Below are positions 29,190 to 37,501 of a stretch of DNA of 64,000 bases, in pieces. Position 1 is the stretch's first letter, and each line of letters opens with the position of its first letter. The position numbers and the translations under genes are program-made. Below the pieces are notes generated by a model. That model made no database searches. It saw only the letters and a list, made by a program, of their open reading frames with translations, and was not told the origin of the DNA. The DNA lies in assembly GCA_963845145.1 (NCBI GenBank), contig CAWJQU010000002.1, positions 320,001-384,000 of the forward strand. Reading direction: 5' to 3'. Origin of the DNA: an uncultured delta proteobacterium. Its GTDB lineage: Bacteria; Desulfobacterota; Desulfobacteria; Desulfobacterales; QNYZ01.

Positions 29190-30806
29190 TTAGGCACAGT
29201 GATTCCTCGTATCCTGTCCATGACCGCCGACGTTGGCCCCATTCTTAAGTGACAATGCCAGGGTCGCCTCGACACGATCATCAAAAGCGATCCGTTGACC
29301 GGCGATTATCTGGTAAGTTTCATGGCCTTTACCCGCGATAAGGACGGTATCGTCCGGGGCGGCGGCCTCAATCCCTAATTGAATGGCCTTTCTTCGGTCC
29401 GGCTCAACCACATATCCCGGTCGGTCCGCAGTGCCGGGCAACCTATCGGTGGTATAGGGCCGATAGCCGTTATTGATTCCTGTCAACATGTCATCAATGA
29501 TGGCCATGGGCGCCTCACTGCGGGGATTGTCCGAGGTCAGAATCATCAAATCGCTCAAGGTCATGGCGATCCGACCCATTTGGGGCCGTTTGGCACGATC
29601 CCGGTCCCCGCCACATCCGGCAATGCAAATTAACCGCCCGACAGCCAAGGCCTTCAGCGTTTTAAGCGCATTTTTCAAAGCATCGGGTGTGTGCGCATAG
29701 TCTACATAGACATAAATCCCGGCATCGTTTGCCACCCGCTCGAGACGACCGGGAACCGACCCGGTCTGTTCGATTCCGGTCTGTATCGCGTTTGGCGCCA
29801 GCTGTATCGCTCTACAAGCACCGACCGCACAGAGGATATTCTCCAGGTTAAACTCGCCGGCCAGCTGAGAATGAAAATCCATCCTTGATGGCGGCTCCCC
29901 CATAGAGTCCCCTTCCAAACAAAGCGTGCCGTGGATACCGTTCCGACCGATGGTCACCTGATTCGGTCGGACCCGGTTGTCATCTCCCCGCCCCACGCTT
30001 AGAACCCCCACGCTTAGAAAAGGGATTGACAATTCCTGTGCCAGCTGGACCCCACGGGGATCATCCCGGTTGATCACCGCTCGTGCTATCGTTTTTTTAG
30101 TCCCGGTCATTAAAATATCGGTAAACAGTCGTTTCTTTGTATCCCAATAGCCGATCATATCCTTATGAAAATCGAGGTGATCCTGGCTCAAGTTCGTAAA
30201 AACGCCCACATCCAGTTCACACCCGTCGATTCGATTAAGGGCCAGGGCGTGGGAAGACACCTCCATCACGACGTGGGTTACCTGATTGTCCCGCATTTGC
30301 CTAAAAATTCGCTGAAGATCCAAGGCTTCGGGCGTGGTTACCGACGCATCGGCTATGGTTCCCCCGAACCGATAGTTAATCGTCCCGATGACCCCAACCT
30401 CGAACCCGGCGGCGGCAAGCATTTTTTCAATCAGATAGCTTGTCGTCGTCTTGCCATTGGTACCGGTGATACCAATAATGACCAGCTCTCTCGTCGGATA
30501 CCCGTAGAAATGGGCCGATACAACCGCCAGGCTTTGCCTTGTATTCGCGACTTGGACCATTACTACAGGTGCGGATACCGGCCGATCAGCCAGAACCGCT
30601 ACCGCGCCACGTTCAATCGCTTGGTCGATAAAATCATGCCCATCGCTCTGATACCCGGTTATGGCCACGAACATACCGCCTGGTGTCACTGTTCGCGAAT
30701 CGTAATGGATACTCCTTATTTCGGTCTTTTCGTGAGGGCTTGATGACGGATTGGTGATGGATTCCACATGATCAGATAGTGCATTTAGTAGATCGGAAAG
30801 CTTCAC
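29190..30806 (-). CDS. murE: UDP-MurNAc-dipeptide--meso-diaminopimelate ligase
   Basis: TGTNGKTTT, MEVSSH, DYAHTPDA, DNPR (mDAP-type), AGKGHE. Confidence 0.97.
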   Translation of the reverse strand: MKLSDLLNALSDHVESITNPSSSPHEKTEIRSIHYDSRTVTPGGMFVAITGYQSDGHDFIDQAIERGAVAVLADRPVSAPVVMVQVANTRQSLAVVSAHFYGYPTRELVIIGITGTNGKTTTSYLIEKMLAAAGFEVGVIGTINYRFGGTIADASVTTPEALDLQRIFRQMRDNQVTHVVMEVSSHALALNRIDGCELDVGVFTNLSQDHLDFHKDMIGYWDTKKRLFTDILMTGTKKTIARAVINRDDPRGVQLAQELSIPFLSVGVLSVGRGDDNRVRPNQVTIGRNGIHGTLCLEGDSMGEPPSRMDFHSQLAGEFNLENILCAVGACRAIQLAPNAIQTGIEQTGSVPGRLERVANDAGIYVYVDYAHTPDALKNALKTLKALAVGRLICIAGCGGDRDRAKRPQMGRIAMTLSDLMILTSDNPRSEAPMAIIDDMLTGINNGYRPYTTDRLPGTADRPGYVVEPDRRKAIQLGIEAAAPDDTVLIAGKGHETYQIIAGQRIAFDDRVEATLALSLKNGANVGGHGQDTRNHCA

Positions 30807-32545
30807 GTTCCCACCTTTCGGATCATCTCCGACACCTGAATCGCGTTTTTGGGTGGCACGGGTTGTGCTTCATCCAGGTAACTAAGGGCGGCCCGCATAA
30901 TTTGCCTGAAAGCCGGTGCGGCCACCGTACCACCGTAATGCTTTTTTCGGGGCTCATCGAGAACCACCAGGACAACGGCTTTGGGTTGCTCGACTGGTGC
31001 CAAGCCCACAAACGAGGAAATGAAGCGCTTGCTCGAATACCCACCGGTTGGTTCCACTTTTTGAGCCGTCCCGGTTTTGCCGCCAACCGAATAGTGCGCC
31101 ATGGCTGCCTGGACACCCGTCCCGCCCTCTTCCACAACCGCCGCCATCATACTCCGTACGGTCCGTGCCGTGCGAGTCGATACGACCTTTCGGCCGGGTT
31201 TGGGTGTCATATTCTTCAGTAATCGTCCGTCCTGGTCGGCGATTGCCTGAACCAGGTAGGGACGCATCAAAACACCATCATTCGCAAGGGCGGCGACAGC
31301 GGCAGTTAGCTGAATCGCCGACACGGCCACCCCTTGTCCAAAAGCGATATTGGCGGCATCAATAGGCTTCCAATGTCGATATGAGACCAGGCGCCCCGGA
31401 CTTTCACCGGGACAGTCGATGCCGGTTTTCGAACCAAACCCGAACTGCTCCAGGGTCCTGTAAAGGGTTTTTTTGCCCATGGCTTGCCCGACTTTCGCTG
31501 CGCCGATATTGCTTGAAAATTTAACGATTTTTTTCAAAGTCAGCCAACCGCGAGGATGGGTATCGTGAATTCGATTCGGACCGATGCGAAATGTCCCGTT
31601 TTCACAGTAAAAAATGCTCTGTGACGAACTCGATTTCGATTCAAGGGCGGCCGCGGCTGTGAAAATCTTTAAGGTCGATCCCGGTTCAAAAGCGTCGGTG
31701 ACGATACGGTTTCGCCAGCGGTCACGCTTGAATTCCTGGAATTGGTTCGGGTCGACAAAAGGATAATGCGCCATGGCCAGAACCGCCCCGGTCTTGGGAT
31801 TCATGACCACGGCCATACCGGAGATGGCCTCGAACTCGTCCACCGCACCTTTTAGGGCCTGTTCGGCCACGAACTGGATATTGGCGTCGATCGTTAAAAT
31901 AATATTCTGCCCCGTGTAGTCGGGGATCATTGAAAACTCCGCGTCAAACCCCAATCCCCGTGCATCCCGCAGCACGGTATAGCGGTCGGTTCTACCGCGC
32001 AGAAAGGTATCATAATGAAATTCGACCCCTTCCAGTCCGGTCCCATCCACCCCGGTAAACCCGAGAACCTGGCCGGCCAGAACCTGATTAGGATAAAAAC
32101 GGCTGTGGGCCGGCTTGAACACAACACCATCTAAAGATAGCGCCTTCACGGTAGTAACCTCACTGGGACTTGCCTGACGCTTGACCCACACAAAGGGATG
32201 TTTGGTATCCAGTTGCCGATAAACCGCCTTTTTATTTTTCCCCAACGCTTTAGCCAGATCCCGGGCAACCGCATCCCTTTTCTTGATCTGCTGCGGGTGG
32301 GCTCCGATGGAATGGGTATCCAGGGTAACGGCCATCTCGCGATAGTGGACGTCAAACACGCTGCCTCTTTTTCCCAGTGAGACCCGTGATCCTTTAAAAT
32401 CCTTCTCCGCTTTCAGGGTCAGATCATTTCCCTGCCAGATTTGAATATGCGCCGCTTTGCCCAGAATAATACATAGAATCAAGCTGAACCCGCACCCCAC
32501 GATCAGCATCCGTCGACGAATCTTTTTTTGGTATTTTTTCTTCAT
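30803..32545 (-). CDS. ftsI: Class B penicillin-binding protein FtsI (PBP3)
   Basis: EPGSTLK (SxxK), SSN, KTGT; N-terminal TM. Confidence 0.95.
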   Translation of the reverse strand: MKKKYQKKIRRRMLIVGCGFSLILCIILGKAAHIQIWQGNDLTLKAEKDFKGSRVSLGKRGSVFDVHYREMAVTLDTHSIGAHPQQIKKRDAVARDLAKALGKNKKAVYRQLDTKHPFVWVKRQASPSEVTTVKALSLDGVVFKPAHSRFYPNQVLAGQVLGFTGVDGTGLEGVEFHYDTFLRGRTDRYTVLRDARGLGFDAEFSMIPDYTGQNIILTIDANIQFVAEQALKGAVDEFEAISGMAVVMNPKTGAVLAMAHYPFVDPNQFQEFKRDRWRNRIVTDAFEPGSTLKIFTAAAALESKSSSSQSIFYCENGTFRIGPNRIHDTHPRGWLTLKKIVKFSSNIGAAKVGQAMGKKTLYRTLEQFGFGSKTGIDCPGESPGRLVSYRHWKPIDAANIAFGQGVAVSAIQLTAAVAALANDGVLMRPYLVQAIADQDGRLLKNMTPKPGRKVVSTRTARTVRSMMAAVVEEGGTGVQAAMAHYSVGGKTGTAQKVEPTGGYSSKRFISSFVGLAPVEQPKAVVLVVLDEPRKKHYGGTVAAPAFRQIMRAALSYLDEAQPVPPKNAIQVSEMIRKVGT

Positions 32546-32844
32546 GGTATCGACTGAATTTGATTGGGTTCGGGTCGTTTTAATCCCATTTCGCCGGCGA
32601 TTCGGACCAGCCGTGAAGGAGATCGAAGCCTGGCCACCTCAACTTTAAGGAGATTTTGCTGTTCCTTTAAGCGCCTGTTTTCCGCAGTTAATCGTCCGAC
32701 TTCATAACCGGTCCGAACATGCTGGACCCGAAACCAGGTGTAGGCCAGCAATTCAACCAGGCAAAAAGCCAACAAAACAATCCAGATACGGTTTTTTGGT
32801 TTTTTTTTGCGCTTGGCTTGTGCCACTGTTTTCGGTTCCGGCAA
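32542..32844 (-). CDS. ftsL: Cell division protein FtsL
   Basis: Basic tail, TM, coiled coil (EVARLRSPSRLVRIA..MGL..P); lies between rsmH and ftsI. Confidence 0.85.
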   Translation of the reverse strand: MPEPKTVAQAKRKKKPKNRIWIVLLAFCLVELLAYTWFRVQHVRTGYEVGRLTAENRRLKEQQNLLKVEVARLRSPSRLVRIAGEMGLKRPEPNQIQSIP

Positions 32845-32889
32845 TTATTATTGTTTTTGACGGTTATTCAGCCACGTTCGTTTCATTTT

Positions 32890-33825
32890 TCATAAACGGA
32901 CCAGCGCCCTCATCTTGGCGCTTCGAGCCATGGGATTTTCTTTAATCTCAACCGGACTCGGCTGAACAACTTTACGGGTCAATAACTTGACCATCGGTTT
33001 GCGCCCACAAGCGCAAATCGGAAAATCGGGCGGACAAACGCACCCTTGGGCGAGTTCGCGAAATCGCCGCTTAATCATCCGATCTTCCAAGCTGTGAAAG
33101 GCGATCATGCAAAGACGCCCCCCCTTTTCAAGTATTTCCGGCACAAAACTTAAAAACGTTGCCAGGCAATCCAACTCCCGATTCACGGCGATTCGGAGCG
33201 CCATAAATACCCGCGTCGCCGGATGAATACGGTGCGACTGGCGGGAGCGGGGAATCGCCTGGGTCACGATTTCGGCCAGGCGCCCGGTTTTATCGATCGG
33301 TTTATCTTTTCTCGCCGAAACGATGGCCCTCGCGATGCGGACGGACCAACGCTCCTCACCGAACTCTTTGAAAATTCGCGTCAATTCGTTTTGGGAAAGA
33401 CGATGGACCAGGTCGGCCGCCGTGGTTGCATAACCTGGGTTCATGCGCATATCCAGTGGCTCGTCGGTTTGGAAACTGAACCCCCGACCGCTACCGCGTA
33501 ACTGGTAAAGCGATAATCCCAAATCAACAACCATGGCATGGACTCCATCAATCCCCAATCGGTTAAGAATCTCGGGCAAGTCGATAAAGTTTGCGTTAAA
33601 CAGTCGGACCATAGGTGCATAGGGTGATAGTTCCCGGGTCGCATGATCGATGGCGGCCCCGTCGCGGTCGAGACCGATAAACAACCCATTGGGGGCTATC
33701 AATCGACAGATGGCTTTGGCATGGCCCGCTCCGCCAACCGTACCATCTACGCAATAATCACCGGGATGTGGATCCAAGAATTGTTGGACTTCAGCAGGCA
33801 TAACGGACACATGTCGATAAACCAT
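32890..33825 (-). CDS. rsmH: 16S rRNA m4C1402 methyltransferase
   Basis: HVSVM, DGTVGGAGHA, PLDMRM, HPATRVFMALRIAVN, FHSLEDR; start moved to ATG 33825. Confidence 0.96.
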   Translation of the reverse strand: MVYRHVSVMPAEVQQFLDPHPGDYCVDGTVGGAGHAKAICRLIAPNGLFIGLDRDGAAIDHATRELSPYAPMVRLFNANFIDLPEILNRLGIDGVHAMVVDLGLSLYQLRGSGRGFSFQTDEPLDMRMNPGYATTAADLVHRLSQNELTRIFKEFGEERWSVRIARAIVSARKDKPIDKTGRLAEIVTQAIPRSRQSHRIHPATRVFMALRIAVNRELDCLATFLSFVPEILEKGGRLCMIAFHSLEDRMIKRRFRELAQGCVCPPDFPICACGRKPMVKLLTRKVVQPSPVEIKENPMARSAKMRALVRL

Positions 33826-33826
33826 C

Positions 33827-34288
33827 TTAAAGTCCAAGTTGGGCGATCGTGTCGCTGACCTCTCTCGACGTGATATCTTTTTCAAGAAGAATGAGGTCCG
33901 CCTGATAACGATCACGATCCCAAATTTGAAAATGATTGATCTGGCCGACCAGCACGGCATGTTTTTCCAACCCTGCATACTGACGCAGCATGGTTGGTAT
34001 CAGAATACGCCCTTGCTTGTCACAAACACATTCAGCTGCCCCACCCACAAAAAAGCGCCTGAAACGACGCGTCTCCATGGAGGTTTCCGCCATTTCCAGT
34101 ATTCGTCTTTCTATCTTGAGCCATTCGGCGGACGTATAGGCATTCAGCGCATTATCCAAGCGCGTAACAAAAACCCTTCCCCCGTCACCACGAATGATAT
34201 CCCGAAAGCGCGCCGGTATGGATATGCGCCCCTTTGGGTCAATGGTATTGGCAGTTGTCTCTCGGAACTGATGTGTTTTATTATCCAC
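33827..34288 (-). CDS. mraZ: dcw cluster transcriptional regulator MraZ
   Basis: Two SpoVT/AbrB repeats (DPKGRISIP, DKQGRILIP); probable GTG start at 34288. Confidence 0.93.
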   Translation of the reverse strand: MDNKTHQFRETTANTIDPKGRISIPARFRDIIRGDGGRVFVTRLDNALNAYTSAEWLKIERRILEMAETSMETRRFRRFFVGGAAECVCDKQGRILIPTMLRQYAGLEKHAVLVGQINHFQIWDRDRYQADLILLEKDITSREVSDTIAQLGL

Positions 34289-34336
34289 TTTTTTCCACCC
34301 TTGTGTGGATAAACCACAACAGGGGGTGGAAGTCAA
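34281..34336 (-). promoter_or_regulatory. mraZ/dcw control region with DnaA boxes, GTGG repeats and a TTGACT -35 candidate
   Basis: TTATCCACA on the minus strand at 34304-34312 (perfect), TTATCCACT on the plus strand at 34281-34289 (8/9), TTGACT on the minus strand at 34331-34336. Confidence 0.55.
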
Positions 34337-34742
34337 GATTTTTTTTCGTTTAAACTATATTTTTTTATTAATGATATTTGAATGTTAAAGAAAAAATTAG
34401 AAAAGTGGAATAAAATGGAAGCAATTTTTTTCTACATCGCTTTCCATCGATCATATTAAGCCACCATTTACGGCATTCACTAGCCGGCAGAACATGCTTT
34501 TATACATATTATTTCAAATATTTATTTTACATATTAAAATATCAATCAAAGCGATTGAATCCCAATATGCCCAAAACGGGTTTGACCGTTGACCTTTCGG
34601 TGGGTGGTGAAAAGTTAACGACCTTGATATTTCTCTTTTCTGCGTTAACTTAACCGGACCAATATTTGTAAATAATCTTTTCAATCTTCTCTTTGTTTGA
34701 AGGTTGATCGCCTCATATCAATATGACAGGAGAGAAATAAAA

Positions 34743-35420
34743 ATGGCTTTTGAAACCAAGGAACAGGTACTGGAACGCATCCTGGAAAAACCCAAGCCCA
34801 AATGCAAGCATTGCCAGGTGGAAATGAGTCTGTGGGAGCCGCCGCCCATCAACTTTTCGGACGGACTGGGTTGGGGGGCCGCTTATCTATACATTTGTTA
34901 CAATGACGAATGCCCCACGTTTAAAAGTGGGTGGGATCACCTCCGGGAAAATTATGCCCACAACGCCAGTTATCGCTGCATTTGCTATCCGGATTCGGGA
35001 CAATATGAACTGATGCCGGTTTTCAGTGCCCAGGGAGGACAGGGGCAGCTCATTGATGAGGAGTCATTGGCTGCGGAGGAGGCCCTAAAAGAAAATATTA
35101 AACGGGGTTTCAGCGTACTGGCAGATTGTTATAACCGCAAAGACATCGTCCCGATGTTAAGAATGCTGCTCGATCCGACAGAGCCCGTCCGGGTGCGTGT
35201 GAAAGCCGCCGAAATGATCGGAGACTTCGGTGAACTCGAATCCATTGAGCCGATTCGAAACCTCAAATTCGGCAATGACATTCTTCAAACCGCCGCCGAG
35301 GGCACCATCAAGAAGATCCATGAACGCTTTTTTACCCGTGAATGCCCCTTTTGCGCTGAAATCATTAAGAAACGTGCGAAAATCTGTAAACATTGCAACC
35401 AGGATGTTGCCGGAAAGTAG
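34743..35420 (+). CDS. Cys-rich hypothetical protein with HEAT-like repeat and C-terminal zinc ribbon
   Basis: CKHC...CYNDEC; VRVKAAEMIGDFG; CPFC...CKHC; AGGAG RBS before ATG 34743. Confidence 0.75.
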   Translation: MAFETKEQVLERILEKPKPKCKHCQVEMSLWEPPPINFSDGLGWGAAYLYICYNDECPTFKSGWDHLRENYAHNASYRCICYPDSGQYELMPVFSAQGGQGQLIDEESLAAEEALKENIKRGFSVLADCYNRKDIVPMLRMLLDPTEPVRVRVKAAEMIGDFGELESIEPIRNLKFGNDILQTAAEGTIKKIHERFFTRECPFCAEIIKKRAKICKHCNQDVAGK

Positions 35421-35490
35421 GTACCGCGCTGGACAGGATGGTGAGCATTGATCGATGAGCGCATTAATCCAACGCCTTAAATACGATCCC

Positions 35491-35889
35491 TTATCCCCTT
35501 CCGCGCTCAGTGCGATCCGCCAGCTTCCGCGCAAAGGGGATATCCGCCGGCAGCAGGTCGTAGGCGCCAAGATTTCCCGGTGATACCCAGGCGATGCGGT
35601 CATGGTCCGTCGCTTTCAAGTTTCCACCCACCCACTTCACCCAAAACGCCGTTAGGTGAACCGACCCCCGTTGGTAATCGTAGACATTATCGGCAAAGGC
35701 ATCGCCCACTTCTACGCAAATGTTCAATTCCTCTTTTAGCTCTCGCCGAAGACAGGTACGGGGGCCTTCTCCCGGTTCCACCTTCCCCCCGGGAAACTCC
35801 CATTTTCCCGCATGGCGAAGGCCGGGCTTGCGTCGACCGATCAGAACTTTGTCATCCTTCAATATTATGGCCGCCGTCACCGAGATCAT
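35491..35889 (-). CDS. mutT: MutT/NudG-like NUDIX pyrophosphohydrolase
   Basis: WEFPGGKVEPGEGPRTCLRRELKEEL Nudix box. Confidence 0.85.
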   Translation of the reverse strand: MISVTAAIILKDDKVLIGRRKPGLRHAGKWEFPGGKVEPGEGPRTCLRRELKEELNICVEVGDAFADNVYDYQRGSVHLTAFWVKWVGGNLKATDHDRIAWVSPGNLGAYDLLPADIPFARKLADRTERGRG

Positions 35890-35898
35890 ACCAACTCC

Positions 35899-36768
35899 CT
35901 ATAGGGCGCGAAGGTATTCCGGTTTCAAGGCCACCTGGCCGTCTAGGGCCTTATCGATGAGGGCCAGGGTAGCATCCTTGTCCCTGGGCAGACGAGCGCG
36001 AATAGGCAGGTAATTGGAAGCATGATTGGCGTGAAACAGCCCCCGCGTTAATTGCGTGGCCGCAATCATGTCACGAAGCTCTTTCAGCGTCTCTTCGGGT
36101 TCGATGAGTGTGAATTGCCCGGCATCATACGCCTCAAATAGAGGTGTTCCCGGAATCAACATCAGGCTCAAAGCGCCCACATATTCAGGATCAATGGCCG
36201 ATAGCACACGACCGGTTTCAGCAGCATGAATCAACGATCGTTCCCGCCCGGCAATCCCCAAAAGAACCGTGACCGACAGCTTGAAGCCGGCTTCCCGGGC
36301 CTTTTGCCCCATTTGAATCATCTTGGCGGCTGTCGCCCCTTTGTTGATCTTTTTGAGAGTGACATCGTCACCGGTCTCAAGACCCATATACAGAATTCCC
36401 AATCCATGCGAACGTAATACCTCAAGCTCCTCGGCGCTTTTCATTTTCAAACTTTTAGTATTGGCATACGCCCCCACCCGGGTGACCCAGGGCAGGTTCT
36501 TTTTGATTTCCGTTAATATGTGGACCAGCCTCTTCTGGGGAATAATCAGGGCATCACCATCACAGAGAAATACCCGCCGCTGCCGCTGACAGTTTTCGGC
36601 CGCAAACTGAATATCCGCCTGTATTATTTCAGGCGGTTTTATTTTAAACCGCTCTCCTATGTAAGTGCCGCAAAAGGTACACTTATTATGGGAACAACCC
36701 ACGGTCACCTGGAGCAAAATACTGTTCGCTTCGCTGGGGGGTCGAATGATATTGCCTTCGTAATGCAA
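35899..36768 (-). CDS. Radical SAM protein
   Basis: RPPSEA, GCSHNKCTFC, GLETG, ANHASNY. Confidence 0.88.
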   Translation of the reverse strand: MHYEGNIIRPPSEANSILLQVTVGCSHNKCTFCGTYIGERFKIKPPEIIQADIQFAAENCQRQRRVFLCDGDALIIPQKRLVHILTEIKKNLPWVTRVGAYANTKSLKMKSAEELEVLRSHGLGILYMGLETGDDVTLKKINKGATAAKMIQMGQKAREAGFKLSVTVLLGIAGRERSLIHAAETGRVLSAIDPEYVGALSLMLIPGTPLFEAYDAGQFTLIEPEETLKELRDMIAATQLTRGLFHANHASNYLPIRARLPRDKDATLALIDKALDGQVALKPEYLRAL

Positions 36769-36916
36769 GCTCTCTCCTCGCTTAGTTGATTGGATACGGA
36801 CTTTAATATCATCATCTCGGCGCCTTAAGTCAATTTAAAAATCGCTGAGGTTCCCCCTTTACAATTGCCTTCGATGAGTTACTATAGCCAAAAAAGGGCG
36901 TAATTTTCAAGGAGAC

Positions 36917-37210
36917 GTGATGGCCGAACCATTAAAAATTCCCGAAGCTTTACAAATGACCTTTAATCGCATGATGCAGCGTGTTCCCGCCGATAAAATG
37001 GATGATATCGCCCTTCAAGAAAGCGTTCTGCGGTTTCTTAAACTGGGTGGTGAACGGCTGGCCCGTGCCCGATTACAACCCATTATCGCCCCTTTTCCCG
37101 ATGATGTTTCCGTTGTAAGACCCAGACCCTTATCGGTACCCCTCGAATCGGATGACATTGAAGATGAAAACGATTCCGATGAAGAAGAAGAAGATGATGA
37201 TGATGATTAA
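36917..37210 (+). CDS. Small hypothetical protein with acidic C-terminal tail
   Basis: GGAG RBS; 97 aa ending ESDDIEDENDSDEEEEDDDDD. Confidence 0.65.
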   Translation: MMAEPLKIPEALQMTFNRMMQRVPADKMDDIALQESVLRFLKLGGERLARARLQPIIAPFPDDVSVVRPRPLSVPLESDDIEDENDSDEEEEDDDDD

Positions 37211-37501
37211 TTGCCGACCTTTGGCCATTGACATTTCTGATGGCTACCTGAAGGCCACCCGATAGCCAAAAGGTTAGATAAATAGGCGACACCATCCGGT
37301 CTGGGACCATATTTGGCTCTTTTCTATCTGGTTTTTCTCTTTGCCTGGAAATCCTTCTGCGCCGTCTTTATCGCTGCGCATCAAAATAGCGCCCTATCCA
37401 TGGCACCACCCGCCACCGGCCATTGACACTTTCAACCTGCGTTTACTATGTTATTACCATCACCAAATGGCTCGAAATTATAAACAAAAATGGGGTAAAC
37501 A

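Noticed and set aside
29991..30019. 15-bp tandem duplication in murE (LSVGV LSVG)
   Set aside because: In-frame slippage duplication in a variable loop; catalytic motifs are unaffected.
34281..34700. oriC (DnaA boxes plus AT-rich DNA)
   Set aside because: Only two boxes were recognised and there is no dnaA/dnaN/gidA context; a promoter role is simpler.
37212..37500. Possible glycine riboswitch upstream of gcvT-glyA, and GGCCATTGACA repeated at 37223 and 37418
   Set aside because: No GGAGA...CCGAAG...CTCAGG aptamer pattern on the sense strand. The hairpin at 37241-37268 fits a terminator, and the second TTGACA is more simply a -35 element.
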